From the NCBI GenBank assembly GCA_964016885.1, contig OZ024740.1, forward strand, positions 251,720,001 to 251,784,000: 64,000 nt of DNA, written 5' to 3'. Below, in pieces: positions 13,301 to 28,800 of the stretch (the stretch's first letter is position 1; every line of letters begins with the position of its first letter). Below the pieces are notes generated by a model that did not search any database, was not told the DNA's origin, and saw only the letters and a list, made by a program, of their open reading frames with translations. This stretch comes from Eledone cirrhosa. Taxonomy: Eukaryota. The position numbers and the translations under genes were made by a program.

Positions 13301-16300
13301 TTATCTCCCCCTGATTTTTTTTTACAACTTATCTCCGCCTGATTTTTTTTAAAAAATCATCTCCCCTTGGACGGCTGGAAATTATCTCCCCTTGGACGGC
13401 TGGAAATTATCTCTCCTTGGACGGCTAGAAATTACCTCTCCTTGGACGGCTGAAAATTATCTCCCCTTGGACGGCTGGAAATTATCTCCCCTTGATTTTT
13501 TTTACAAATTATCTCCCCCTGATTTTTTTTTACAAATTATCTCCCCCTGATTTTTTTTACAAATTATCTCCCCCTGATTTTTTTACAAATTATCTCCCCT
13601 TGGCTGGCTGGAAATTATCTCCCCTTGGAGGCAGGAATTTATCTCCCCTTGGACGGCTAGAAATTACCTCTCCTTGGACGGCTGGAAAATATGTCTCCTT
13701 GGACGGCTGGAAATTATCTCCCCTTGGACGGCTGGAAATTATCTCCCCTTGGACGGCTGGAAATTATCTCCCCTTGGACGGCTAGAAATTACCTCTCCTT
13801 GGACGGCTGAAAATTATCTCCCCTTGGACGGCTGGAAATTATCTCCCCTTGATTTTTTTACAAATTATCTCCCCCTGATTTTTTTTTACAAATTATCTCC
13901 CCCTGATTTTTTTTTACAAATTATCTCCCACTGATTTTTTTTTATAAATTATCTCCCCCTGATTTTTTTTTTACAAATTATCTCCGCCTGATTTTTTAAA
14001 AAAAATTATCTCCCCTTGGACGGCTGGAAATTATCTCCCCTTGGACGGCTGGAAATTATCTCCCCTTGGACGGCTAGAAATTACCTCTCATTGGACGGCT
14101 GGAAATTATCTCCCCTTGATTTTTTTTACAAATTATCTCCCCCTGATTTTTTTTACAAATTATCTCCCCCTGATTTTTTTTACAAATTATCTCCCCCTGA
14201 TTTTTTTTTACAAATTATCTCCCCCTGATTTTTTTTACAAATTATCTCCCCCTGATTTTTTTTACAAATTATCTCCCCCTGATTTTTTTTACAAATTATC
14301 TCCCCCTGATTTTTTTTACAATCTCCGCCTGATTTTTTAAAAAATTATCTTCCCTTGGCTGGCGGGAAATTATCTCCCCTTGGACGGCTGGAAATTATCT
14401 CCCCTTGGACGGCTAGAAATTATCTCTCTTTGGACGGCTGGAAATTATCTCCCCTTGATTTTTTTTACAAATTATCTCCCCCTGATTTTTTTTACAAATT
14501 ATCCCCGCATGATTTTTAAAAAAAAAATTATCTCCCCTTCGCTGGCTGGAAATTATCTCCCCTTAATTTTTTTTACAAATTATCTCCCCCTGATTTTTTT
14601 TTACAAATTATCTCCCCCTGATTTTTTTTTACAAATTATCTCCCCCTGATTTTTTTTTTTACAAATTATCTCCGCCTGATTTTTAAAAAAAAATTATCTC
14701 CCCTTGGACGGCTGGAAATTATCTCCTCTTGGACGGCTGGAAATTATCTCCCCTTGGACGGCTAGAAATTACCTCTCCTTGGACGGCTGAAAATTATCTC
14801 CCCTTGGACGGCTGCAAATTATCTCCCCTTGATTTTTTTTACAAATTATCTCCCCCTGATTTTTTTTACAAATTATCTCCCCCTGATTTTTTTTACAAAT
14901 TATCTCCCCCTGATTTTTTTTTACAAATTATCTCCCCCTGATTTTTTTTTACAAATTATCTCCCCCTGATTTTTTTTACAAATTATCTCCCCCTGATTTT
15001 TTTTTACAAATTATCTCCCCCTGATTTTTTTTTACAAATTATCTCCCCTTGATTTTTTTTACAAATTATCTCCCCCTGATTTTTTTTTTACAAATTATCT
15101 CCCCCTGATTTTTTTACAAATTATCTCCCCCTGATTTTTTTTACAAATTATCTCCCCCTGATTTTTTTTACAAATTATCTCCCCTTGATTTTTTTTTACA
15201 AATTATCTCCCCCTGATTTTTTTTTTACAAATTATCTCCCCCTGATTTTTTTAAAAATTATCTTCCCTTGGCTGGCGGGAAATTATCTCCCCTTGGACGG
15301 CTGGAAATTATCTCCCCTTGGAAGGATGTAAATTATCTCCCCTTGGACGGCTGGAAATTATCTCCCCTTGCACGGCTGGAAATTATCTCCCCTTGCACGG
15401 CTGGAAATTATCTCCCCTTGATTTTTTTTACAAATTATCTCCCCCTGATTTTTTTTTACAAATTATCTCCCCCTGATTTTTTTTTACAAATTATCTCCCC
15501 CTGATTTTTTTTACAAATTATCTCCCCTTGAATTTAAAAAAAAAAATTATCTCCCCTTCGCTGGCTGGAAATTATCTCCCCTTGGACGCTGGAAATTATA
15601 GCCCCTTGGAGGGCTGGAAATTATCTTCCCTTGGACGGCTGGAAATTATCTCCCCTTGATTTTTTTTACAAATTATCTCCCCCTGATTTTTTTTTACAAA
15701 TTATCTCCCCCTGATTTTTTTTACAAATTATCTACCCCTGATTTTTTTTACAAATTATCTCCCCCTGATTTTTTTTTACAAATTATCTCCCTCTGATTTT
15801 TTTTTACAAATTATCTCCCCCTGATTTTTTTTTTACAAATTATCTCCCCCTGATTTTTTTACAAATTATCTCCCCCTGATTTTTTTTACAATCTCCGCCT
15901 GATTTTTTAAAAAATTATCTTCCCTTGGCTGGCGGGAAATTATCTCCCCTTGGACGGCTGGAAATTATCTCCCCTTGGACGGCTAGAAATTATCTCTCTT
16001 TGGACGGCTGGAAATTATCTCCCCTTGATTTTTTTTACAAATTATCTCCCCCTGATTTTTTTTACAAATTATCCCCGCATGATTTTTAAAAAAAAAATTA
16101 TCTCCCCTTCGCTGGCTGGAAATTATCTCCCCTTGGACGCTGGAAATTATAGCCCCTTGGAGGGCTGGAAATTATCTTCCCTTGGACGGCTGGAAATTAT
16201 CTCCCCTTGATTTTTTTTACAAATTATCTCCCCCTGATTTTTTTTTACAAATTATCTCCCCCTGATTTTTTTTTTTACAAATTATCTCCGCCTGATTTTT

Positions 16301-16880
16301 AAAAAAAAATTATCTCCCCTTGGACGGCTGGAAATTATCTCCCCTTGGACGGCTGGAAATTATCTCCCCTTGGACGGCTAGAAATTACCTCTCCTTGGAC
16401 GGCTGAAAATTATCTCCCCTTGGACGGCTGCAAATTATCTCCCCTTGATTTTTTTTACAAATTATCTCCCCCTGATTTTTTTTACAAATTATCTCCCCCT
16501 GATTTTTTTTACAAATTATCTCCCCCTGATTTTTTTTTACAAATTATCTCCCCCTGATTTTTTTTTACAAATTATCTCCCCCTGATTTTTTTTACAAATT
16601 ATCTCCCCCTGATTTTTTTTACAAATTATCTCCCCCTGATTTTTTTTTACAAATTATCTCCCCTTGATTTTTTTTTACAAATTATCTCCCCCTGATTTTT
16701 TTTTTACAAATTATCTCCCCCTGATTTTTTTACAAATTATCTCCCCCTGATTTTTTTTACAAATTATCTCCCCCTGATTTTTTTTACAAATTATCTCCCC
16801 TTGATTTTTTTTTACAAATTATCTCCCCCTGATTTTTTTTTTTAAAATTATCTCCCCCTGATTTTTTTAAAAATTATCTT
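1400..16880 (+). repeat. Large duplicated block, copy 1 (partner ~29,800-43,930)
   Basis: Colinear marker ORFs at offsets 28,422 to 28,656 (1513/29935, 5420/34048, 7339/35995) and 26,885 to 27,064 (10883/37768, 14729/41770, 16345/43409), plus shared rare variants. Confidence 0.85.
7252..7500 (+). repeat. Long G-monomer cassette 'R' (10 monomers with GGAGGCAGG and AAAATATGTCTCC variants)
   Basis: Recurs at ~11548, 13587, 17369, 27183, 35908, 38434, 40529 and 46359. Confidence 0.88.
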
Positions 16881-19800
16881 CCCTTGGCTGGCGGGAAATT
16901 ATCTCCCCTTGGACGGCTGAAAATTATCTCCCATTGGACGGCTGCAAATTATCTCCCCTTGATTTTTTTTACAAATTATCTCCCCCTGATTTTTTTTACA
17001 AATTATCTCCCCCTGATTTTTTTTACAAATTATCTCCCCCTGATTTTTTTTACAAATTATCTCCCCCTGATTTTTAAAAAAAAAATTATCTCCTCTTCGC
17101 TGGCTGGAAATTATCTCCCCTTGGACGCTGGAAATTATAGCCCCTTGGAGGGCTGGAAATTATCTTCCCTTGGACGGCTGGAAATTATCTTCCCTTGGAC
17201 GGCTGGAAATTATCTCCCCTTGATTTTTTTTACAAATTATCTCCCCCTGATTTTTTTTACTAATTATCTCCCCTGATTTTTTTTTACAAATTATCTCCCC
17301 CTGATTTTTTTTTACAAATTATCTCCCCCTGATTTTTTTTACAAATTATCTCCCCCTGATTTTTTTACAAATTATCTCCCCTTGGCTGGCTGGAAATTAT
17401 CTCCCCTTGGAGGCAGGAATTTATCTCCCCTTGGACGGCTAGAAATTACCTCTCCTTGGACGGCTGGAAAATATGTCTCCTTGGACGGCTGGAAATTATC
17501 TCCACTTGGACGGCTGGAAATTATCTCCCCTTGGACGGCTGGAAATTATCTCCCCTTGGACGGCTAGAAATTACCTCTCCTTGGACGGCTGAAAATTATC
17601 TCCCCTTGGACGGCTGGAAATTATCTCCCCTTGATTTTTTTACAAATTATCTCACCCTGATTTTTTTTTACAAATTATCTCCCCCTGATTTTTTTTACAA
17701 ATTATCTCCCCCTGATTTTTTTTACAAATTATCTCCCCCTGATTTTTTTTACAAATTATCTCCGCCTGATTTTTTTAAATATTATCTCTCCTTGGCTGGC
17801 GGGAAATTATCTCCCCTTGGACGGCTGCAAATTATCTCCGCTTGATTTTTTTTACAAATTATCTCCCCCTGATTTTTTTTTACAAATTATCTCCCCCTGA
17901 TTTTTTTTGCAAATTATCTCCCCTGATTTTTTTTTACAAATTATCTCCCCCTGATTTTTTTTTACAAATTATCTCCCCCTGATTTTTTTTTTACAAATTA
18001 TCTCCCCCTGATTTTTTTACAAATTATCTCCCCCTGATTTTTTTTACAATCTCCGCCTGATTTTTTTAAAAATTATCTTCCCTTGGCTGGCGGGAAATTA
18101 TCTCCCCTTGGACGGCTGGAAATTATCTCCCCTTGGAAGGATGGAAATTATCTCCCCTTGGACGGCTGGAAATTATCTCCCCTTGCACGGCTGGAAATTA
18201 TCTCCCCTTGGCTGGAAATTATCTCCCCTTGGACGGCTAGAAATTATCTCTCTTTGGATGGCTGGAAATTATCTCTCTTTGATTTTTTTTACAAATTATC
18301 TCCCTCTGATTTTTTTTACAAATCTCCCCCTGATTTTTTTTTACAAATTATCTCCCCCTGATTTTTTTTACAAACTATCTCCCCCTGATTTTTTTACAAA
18401 TTATCTCCCCTTGGCTGGCTGGAAATTATCTCCCCTTGGAGGCTGGAATTTATCTCCCCTTGGACGGCTAGAAATTACCTCTCCTTGGACGGCTGGAAAA
18501 TATGTCTCCTTGGACGGCTGGAAATTATCTCCCCTTGGACGGCTGGAAATTACCTCTCCTTGGACGGCTGAAAATTATCTCCCCTTGGACGGCTGGAAAT
18601 TATCTCCCCTTGATTTTTTTACAAATTATCTCCCCCTGATTTTTTTTTTACAAATTATCTCCCCCTGATTTTTTTTACAAATTATCTACGCCTGATTTTT
18701 TTAAATATTATCTCTCCTTGGCTGGCGGGAAATTATCTCCCCTTGGAAGGATGGAAATTATCTCCCCTTGGACGGCTGGAAATTATCTCCCCTTGGACGG
18801 CTAGAAATTATCTCTCCTTGGACGGCTGAAAATTATCTCCCCTTGGACGGCTGCAAATTATCTCCCCTTGATTTTTTTTACAAATTATCTCCCCCTGATT
18901 TTTTTTTACAAATTATCTCCCCCTGATTTTTTTTACAAATTATCTCCCCCTGATTTTTTTTTACAAATTATCTCCCCCTGATTTTTTTTTACAAATTATC
19001 TACCCCTGATTTTTTTACAAATTATCTCCCCCTGATTTTTTTTACAAATTATCTCCCCCTGATTTTTCTTTTACAAATTATCTCCCCCTGATTTTTTTAC
19101 AAATTATCTCCCCCTGATTTTTTTTACAAATTATCTCCGCCTGATTTTTTTAAATATTATCTTCCCTTGGACGGCTGGAAATTATCTCCCCTTGGCTGGA
19201 AATTATCTCCCCTTGGACGGCTAGAAATTATCTCTCTTTGGACGGCTGGAAATTATCTCCCCTTGATTTTTTTTACAAATTATCTCCCCCTGATTTTTTT
19301 TACAAATCTCCCAGTGATTTTTTTAAAAAAATTATCTCCCCTTCGCTGGCTGGAAATTATCTCCCCTTGGACGCTGGAAATTATAGCCCCTTGGAGGGCT
19401 GGAAATTATCTTCCCTTGGACGGCTGGAAATTATCTTCTCTTGATTTTTTTTACAAATTATCTCCCCCTGATTTTTTTTTACAAATTATCTCCCCCTGAT
19501 TTTGTTTTACAAATTATCTCCGCCTGATTTTTTTAAAAAAATTATCTCCCCTTGGACGGCTGGAAATTATCTCCCCTTGGACGGCTGGAAATTATCTCTC
19601 CTTGGACGGCTAGAAATTACCTATCCTTGGACGGATGAAAATTATCTCCCCTTGGACGGCTGGAAATTAACTCCCCTTGATTTTTTTTACAAATTATCTC
19701 CCCCTGATTTTTTTTACAAATTATCTCCCCCTGATTTTTTTTTACAAATTATCTCCCCCTGATTTTTTTTTACAAATTATCTCCCCCTGATTTTTTTTAC

Positions 19801-22800
19801 AAATTATCTCCCCCTGATTTTTTTACAAATTATCTCCCCTTGGCTGGCTGGAAATTATCTCCCCTTGGAGGCTGGAATTTATCTCCCCTTGGACGGCTAG
19901 AAATTACCTCTCCTTGGACGGCTGGAAAATATGTCTCCTTGGACGGCTGGAAATTATCTCCCCTTGGACGGCTGGAAATTATCTCCCCTTGGACGGCTGG
20001 AAATTATCTGCCCTTGGATGGCTAGATATTACCTCCCCTTGGACGGCTGGAAATTATCTCCCCTTGATTTCTTTTACAAATTATCTCCCCCTGATTTTTT
20101 TTTACAAATTATCTCCCCCTGATTTTTTTTTAAAAATTATCTCCCGTTGGACGGCTGGAAATTATCTCCCCTTGGACGGCTGGAAATTATCTCCCCTTGG
20201 ACGGCTAGAAATTACCTCTCCTTGGACGGCTGAAAATTATCTCCCCTTGGACGGCTGGAAATTATCTCCCCTTGATTTTTTTACAAATTATCTCCCCCTG
20301 ATTTTTTTATACAAATTATCTCCCCCTGATTTTTTTTACAAATTATCTCCCCCTGATTTTTTTTACAAATTATCTCCCCCTGATTTTTTTTACAGATTAT
20401 CTCCGCCTGATTTTTTTAAATATTATCTCTCCTTGGCTGGCGGGAAATTATCTCCCCTTGGACGGCTGGAAATTATCTCCCCTTGATTTTCTTTTTACAA
20501 ATTATCTCCCCCTGATTTTTCTTTTACAAATTATCTCCCCCTGATTTTTTTACAAATTATCTCCGCCTGATTTTTTTAAATATTATCTTTCCTTGGCTGG
20601 CGGGAAATGATCTCCCCTTGGACGGCTGGAAATTATCTGCCCTTGATTTTCTTTTTACAAATTATCTTCCACTGATTTTTTTTTACAAATTATCTCCACC
20701 TGATTTTTTAAAAAATTATCTCCCCTTGGAAGGCTGGAAATTATCTCCCCTTGGACGGCTAGAAATTATCTCTCTTTGGAAGGCTGGAAATTATCTCCCC
20801 TTGATTTTTTTTACAAATTATCTCCCCCTGATTTTTTTTACAAATATCCCAGTGATTTTTTTAAAAAAATTATCTCCCCTTCGCTGGCTGGAAATTATCT
20901 CCCCTTGGACGCTGGAAATTATAGCCCCTTGGAGGGCTGGAAATTATCTTCCCTTGGACGGCTGGAAATTATCTCCCCTTGATTTTTTTTACAAATTATC
21001 TCCCCCTGATTTTTTTTTACAAATTATCTCCCCCTGATTTTTTTTTACAACTTATCTCCGCCTGATTTTTTTAAAAAAATCATCTCCCCTTGGACGGCTG
21101 GAAATTATCTCCCCTGGGACGGCTGGAAATTATCTCTCCTTGGACGGCTAGAAATTACCTCTCCTTGGACAATTGAAAATTATCTCCCCTTGGACGGCTG
21201 GAAATTATCTCCCCTTGATTTTTTTTACAAATTATCTCCCCCTGATTTTTTTTACAAATTATCTCCCCTGATTTTTTTTTACAAATTATCTCCCCCTGAT
21301 TTTTTTTTACAAATTATCTCCCCCTGATTTTTTTTACAAATTATCTCCCCCTGATTTTTTTACAAATTATCTCCCCTTGGCTGGCTGGAAATTATCTCCC
21401 CTTGGAGGCAGGAATTTATCTCCCCTTGGACGGCTAGAAATTACCTCTCCTTGGACGGCTGGAAAATATGGTTCCTTGGACGGCTGGAAATTATCTCCCC
21501 TTGGACGGCTGGAAATTATCTCCCCTTGGACGGCTGGAAATTATCTCCCCTTGGACGGCTAGAAATTACCTCTCCTTGGCTGGCGGGAAATTATCTCCCC
21601 TTGGACGGCTGCAAATTATCTCCGCTTGATTTTTTTTACAAATTATCTCCCCCTGATTTTTTTTTACAAATTATCTCCCCCTGATTTTTTTTACAAATTA
21701 TCTCCCCTGATTTTTTTTTACAAATTATCTCCCCCTGATTTTTTTTTACAAATTATCTCCCCCTGATTTTTTTTTTACAAATTATCTCCCCCTGATTTTT
21801 TTACAAATTATCTCCCCCTGATTTTTTTTACAATCTCCGCCTGATTTTTTTAAAAATTATCTTCCCTTGGCTGGCGGGAAATTATCTCCCCTTGGACGGC
21901 TGGAAATTATCTCCCCTTGGAAGGATGGAAATTATCTCCCCTTGGACGGCTGGAAATTATCTCCCCTTGCACGGCTGGAAATTATCTCCCCTTGGCTGGA
22001 AATTATCTCCCCTTGGACGGCTAGAAATTATCTCTCTTTGGATGGCTGGAAATTATCTCCCTTTGATTTTTTTTACAAATTATCTCCCTCTGATTTTTTT
22101 TACAAATCTCCCCCTGATTTTTTTTTACAAATTATCTCCCCCTGATTTTTTTTACAAACTATCTCCCCCTGATTTTTTTACAAATTATCTCCCCTTGGCT
22201 GGCTGGAAATTATCTCCCCTTGGAGGCTGGAATTTATCTCCCCTTGGACGGCTAGAAATTACCTCTCCTTGGACGGCTGGAAAATATGTCTCCTTGGACG
22301 GCTGGAAATTATCTCCCCTTGGACGGCTGGAAATTACCTCTCCTTGGACGGCTGAAAATTATCTCCCCTTGGACGGCTGGAAATTATCTCCCCTTGATTT
22401 TTTTACAAATTATCTCCCCCTGATTTTTTTTTTACAAATTATCTCCCCCTGATTTTTTTTACAAATTATCTACGCCTGATTTTTTTAAATATTATCTCTC
22501 CTTGGCTGGCGGGAAATTATCTCCCCTTGGAAGGATGGAAATTATCTCCCCTTGGACGGCTGGAAATTATCTCCCCTTGCACTGCTGGAAATTATCTCAC
22601 CTTGGACGGCTGGAAATTATCTGCCCTTGATTTTGTTTTTACAAATTATCTTCCCCTGATTATTTTTACAAATTATCTCCACCTGATTTTTTTAAAAATT
22701 ATCTCCCCTTGGACGGCTGGAAATTATCTCCCCTTGGCTGGAAATTATCTCCCCTTGGACGGCTAGAAATTATCTCTCTTTGGACGGCTGGAAATTATCT

Positions 22801-25800
22801 CCCCTTGATTTTTTTTACAAATTATCTCCCCCTGATTTTTTTTACAAATTATCCCCCCATGATTTTTAAAAAAAAAATTATCTCCCCTTCGCTGGCTGGA
22901 AATTATCTCCCCTTGGACGCTGGAAATTATAGCCCCTTGGAGGGCTGGAAATTATCTTCCCTTGGACGGCTGGAAATTATCTCCCCTTGATTTTTTTTAC
23001 AAATTATCTCCCCCTGATTTTTTTTTACAAATTATCTCCCCCTAATTTTTTTAAAAAAATTATCTCCCCTTGGACGGCTGGAAATTATCTCCCCTTGGAC
23101 GGCTGGAAATTATCTCCCCTTGGACGGCTAGAAATTACCTCTCCTTGGACGGCTGAAAATTATCTCCCCTTGGACGGCTGCAAATTATCTCCCCTTGATT
23201 TTTTTTACAAATTATCCCCCCATGATTTTAAAAAAAAAAATTATCTCCCCTTCGCTGGCTGGAAATTATCTCCCCTTGGACGCTGGAAATTATAGCCCCT
23301 TGGAGGGCTGGAAATTATCTTCCCTTCGACGGCTGGAAATTATCTCCCCTTGATTTTTTTTACAAATTATCTCCCCCTGATTTTTTTTTACAAATTATCT
23401 CCCACTGATTTTTTTTTACAAATTATCTCCCCCTGATTTTTTTTTTACAAATTATCTCCGCCTGATTTTTTAAAAAAAATTATCTCCCCTTGGACGGCTG
23501 GAAATTATCTCCCCTTGGACGGCTGGAAATTATCTCCCCTTGGACGGCTAGAAATTACCTCTCCTTGGACGGCTGAAAATTATCTCCCCTTGGACGGCTG
23601 CAAATTATCTCCCCTTGATTTTTTTTACAAATTATCTCCCCCTGATTTTTTTTACAAATTATCTCCCCCTGATTTTTTTTTACAAATTATCTCCCCCTGA
23701 TTTTTTTTTACAAATTATCTCCCCCTGATTTTTTTTTACAAATTATCTCCCCCTGATTTTTTTTACAAATTATCTCCCCCTGATTTTTTTTACAATCTCC
23801 GCCTGATTTTTTAAAAAATTATCTTCCCTTGGCTGGCGGGAAATTATCTCCCCTTGGACGGCTGGAAATTATCTCCCCTTGGACGGCTAGAAATTATCTC
23901 TCTTTGGACGGCTGGAAATTATCTCCCCTTGATTTTTTTTACAAATTATCTCCCCCTGATTTTTTTTACAAATTATCCCCGCATGATTTTTAAAAAAAAA
24001 ATTATCTCCCCTTCGCTGGCTGGAAATTATCTCCCCTTGGACGCTGGAAATTATAGCCCCTTGGAGGGCTGGAAATTATCTTCCCTTGGACGGCTGGAAA
24101 TTATCTCCCCTTGATTTTTTTTACAAATTATCTCCCCCTGATTTTTTTTTACAAATTATCTCCCCCTGATTTTTTTTTACAAATTATCTCCCCCTGATTT
24201 TTTTTTTTACAAATTATCTCCGCCTGATTTAAAAAAAAAAATTATCTCCCCTTGGACGGCTGGAAATTATCTCCCCTTGGACGGCTGGAAATTATCTCCC
24301 CTTGGACGGCTAGAAATTACCTCTCCTTGGACGGCTGAAAATTATCTCCCATTGGACGGCTGCAAATTATCTCCCCTTGATTTTTTTTACAAATTATCTC
24401 CCCCTGATTTTTTTTACAAATTATCTCCCCCTGATTTTTTTTACAAATTATCTCCCCCTGATTTTTTTTTACAAATTATCTCCCCCTGATTTTTTTTTAC
24501 AAATTATCTCCCCCTGATTTTTTTTACAAATTATCTCCCCCTGATTTTTTTTACAAATTATCTCCCCCTGATTTTTTTTTACAAATTATCTCCCCTTGAT
24601 TTTTTTTTACAAATTATCTCCCCCTGATTTTTTTTTTACAAATTATCTCCCCCTGATTTTTTTACAAATTATCTCCCCCTGATTTTTTTTACAAATTATC
24701 TCCCCTTGATTTTTTTTTACAAATTATCTCCCCCTGATTTTTTTTTTACAAATTATCTCCCCCTGATTTTTTTTAAAATTATCTTCCCTTGGCTGGCGGG
24801 AAATTATCTCCCCTTGGACGGCTGGAAATTATCTCCCCTTGGAAGGATGTAAATTATCTCCCCTTGGACGGCTGGAAATTATCTCCCCTTGCACGGCTGG
24901 AAATTATCTCCCCTTGATTTTTTTTACAAATTATCTCCCCGATTTTTTTTTACAAATTATCTCCCCCTGATTTTTTTTTACAAATTATCTCCCCCTGATT
25001 TTTTTTACAAATTATCTCCCCCTGATTTAAAAAAAAAAAATTATCTCCTCTTCGCTGGCTGGAAATTATCTCCCCTTGGACGCTGGAAATTATAGCCCCT
25101 TGGAGGGCTGGAAATTATCTTCCCTTGGACGGCTGGAAATTATCTTCCCTTGGACGGCTGGAAATTATCTCCCCTTGATTTTTTTTACAAATTATCTCCC
25201 CCTGATTTTTTTTTACAAATTATCTCCCCCTGATTTTTTTTTACAAATTATCTCCCCCTGATTTTTTTTTTACAAATTATCTCCGCTTGATTTTTAAAAA
25301 AAAATTATCTCCCCTTGGACGGCTGGAAATTATCTCCCCTTGGACGGCTGGAAATTATCTCCCCTTGGACGGCTAGAAATTATCTCTCCTTGGACGGCTG
25401 AAAATTATCTCCCCTTGGACGGCTGCAAATTATCTCCCCTTGATTTTTTTTACAAATTATCTCCCCCTGATTTTTTTTTACAAATTATCTCCCCCTCATT
25501 TTTTTTACAAATTATCTACCCCTGATTTTTTTTACAAATTATCTCCCCCTGATTTTTTTTTACAAATTATCTCCCTCTGATTTTTTTTTACAAATTATCT
25601 CCCCCTGATTTTTTTTTTACAAATTATCTCCCCCTGATTTTTTTAAAAATTATCTCCCCCTGATTTTTTTAAAAATTATCTTCCCTTGGCTGGCGGGAAA
25701 TTATCTCCCCTTGGACGGCTGGAAATTATCTCCCCTTGGAAGGATGGAAATTATCTCCCCTTGGACGGCTGGAAATTATCTCCCCTTGCACGGCTGGAAA

Positions 25801-28800
25801 TTATCTCCCCTTGGCTGGAAATTATCTCCCCTTGGACGGCTAGAAATTATCTCTCTTTGGACGGCTGGAAATTATGTCCCTTTGATTTTTTTTATAAATT
25901 ATCTACCTCTGATATTTTTTACAAATCTCCCCCTGATTTTTAAAAAAAAATTATCTCCCCTTCGCTGGCTGGAAATTATCTCCCCTTGGACACTGGAAAT
26001 TATAGCCCCTTGGAGGGCTGGAAATTATCTTCCCTTGGACGGCTGGAAATTATCTCCCCTTGATTTTTTTTACAAATTATCTCCGCCTGATTTTTTTTAA
26101 AAATTATCTCTCCTTGGACGGCTGGAAATTATCTCCCCTTGATTTTTTTTACAAATTATCTCCCCCTGATTTTTTTTTACAAATTATCTCCCCCTAATTT
26201 TTTTTTACAAATTATCTACCCCTGATTTTTTTTACAAATTATCTCCCCCTGATTTTTTTTACAAATTATCTCCCCCTGATTTTTCTTTTACAAATTATCT
26301 CCCCCTGATTTTTTTACAAATTATCTCCCCCTGATTTTTTTTACAAATTATCTCCGCCTGATTTTTTTAAATATTATCTTCCCTTGGCTGGCGGGAAATT
26401 ATCTCCCCTTGGACGGCTGGAAATTATCTGCCCTTGATTTTGTTTTTACAAATTATCTTCCACTGATTTTTTTTACAAATTATCTCCACCTGATTTTTTT
26501 AAAAAATTATCTCCCCTTGGAAGGCTGGAAATTATCTCCCCTTGGACGGCTAGAAATTATCTCTCTTTGGACGGCTGGAAATTATCTCCCCTTGATTTTT
26601 TTTACAAATTATCTCCCCCTGATTTTTTTTACAAATATCCCAGTGATTTTTTTTAAAAAATTATCTCCCCTTCGCTGGCTGGAAATTATCTCCCCTTGGA
26701 CGCTGGAAATTATAGCCCCTTGGAGGGCTGGAAATTATCTTCCCTTGGACGGCTGGAAATTATCTCCCCTTGATTTTTTTTACAAATTATCTCCCCCTGA
26801 TTTTTTTTTTCAAATTATCTCCCCCTGATTTTTTTTTACAAATTATCTCCCCCTGATTTTTTTTACAACTTATCTCCGCCTGATTTTTTTTTAAAAAATC
26901 ATCTCCCCTTGGACGGCTGGAAATTATCTCCCCTTGGACGGCTGGAAATTATCTCTCCTTGGACGGCTAGAAATTACCTCTCCTTGGACAATTGAAAATT
27001 ATCTCCCCTTGGACGGCTGGAAATTATCTCCCCTTGATTTATTTTACAAATTATCTCCCCCTGATTTTTTTTACAAATTATCTCCCCTGATTTTTTTTTA
27101 CAAATTATCTCCCCCTGATTTTTTTTTACAAATTATCTCCCCCTGATTTTTTTTACAAATTATCTCCCCCTGATTTTTTTACAAATTATCTCCCCTTGGC
27201 TGGCTGGAAATTATCTCCCCTTGGAGGCAGGAATTTATCTCCCCTTGGACGGGTAGAAATTACCTCTCCTTGGACGGCTGGAAAATATGTCTCCTTGGAC
27301 GGCTGGAAATTATCTCCCCTTGGACGGCTGGAAATTATCTCCCCTTGGACGGCTGGAAATTATCTCCCCTTGGACGGCTAGAAATTACTTCTCCTTGGAC
27401 GGCTGAAAATTATCTCCCCTTGGACGGCTGGAAATTATCTCCCCTTGATTTTTTTACAAATTATCTCCCCCTGATTTTTTTTTACAAATTATCTCCCCCT
27501 GATTTTTTTTACAAATTATCTCCCCCTGATTTTTTTTACAAATTATCTCCCCCTGATTTTTTTTACAAATTATCTCCGCCTGATTTTTTTAAATATTATC
27601 TCTCCTTGGCTGGCGGGAAATTATCTCCCCTTGGACGGCTGCAAATTATCTCCGCTTGATTTTTTTTACAAATTATCTCCCCCTGATTTTTTTTTAAAAA
27701 TTATCTCCCCCTGATTTTTTTTACAAATTATCTCCCCTGATTTTTTTTTACAAATTATCTCCCCCTGATTTTTTTTTACAAATTATCTCCCCCTGATTTT
27801 TTTTTTACAAATTATCTCCCCCTGATTTTTTTACAAATTATCTCCCCCTGATTTTTTTTACAATCTCCGCCTGATTTTTTTAAAAATTATCTTCCCTTGG
27901 CTGGCGGGAAATTATCTCCCCTTGGACGGCTGGAAATTATCTCCCCTTGGAAGGATGGAAATTATCTCCCCTTGGACGGCTGGAAATGATCTCCCCTTGC
28001 ACGGCTGGAAATTATCTCCCCTTGGCTGGAAATTATCTCCCCTTGGACGGCTAGAAATTATCTCTCTTTGGATGGCTGGAAATTATCTCCCTTTGATTTT
28101 TTTTACAAATTATCTCCCTCTGATTTTTTTTACAAATCTCCCCCTGATTTTTTTTTACAAATTATCTCCCCCTGATTTTTTTTACAAACTATCTCCCCCT
28201 GATTTTTTTACAAATTATCTCCCCTTGGCTGGCTGGAAATTATCTCCCCTTGGAGGCTGGAATTTATCTCCCCTTGGACGGCTAGAAATTACCTCTCCTT
28301 GGACGGCTGGAAAATATGTCTCCTTGGACGGCTGGAAATTATCTCCCCTTGGACGGCTGGAAATTACCTCTCCTTGGACGGCTGAAAATTATCTCCCCTT
28401 GGACGGCTGGAAATTATCTCCCCTTGATTTTTTTACAAATTATCTCCCCCTGATTTTTTTTTACAAATTATCTCCCCCTGATTTTTTTTACAAATTATCT
28501 ACGCCTGATTTTTTTAAATATTATCTCTCCTTGGCTGGCGGGAAATTATCTCCCCTTGGACGGCTGGAAATTATCTCCCCTTGGAAGGATGGAAATTATC
28601 TCCCCTTGGACGGCTGGAAATTATCTCCCCTTGCACTGCTGGAAATTATCTCCCCTTGGACGGCTGGAAATTATCTGCCCTTGATTTTGTTTTTACAAAT
28701 TATCTTCCCCTGATTATTTTTACAAATTATCTCCACCTGATTTTTTAAAAAATTATCTCCCCTTGGACGGCTGGAAATTATCTCCCCTTGGCTGGAAATT

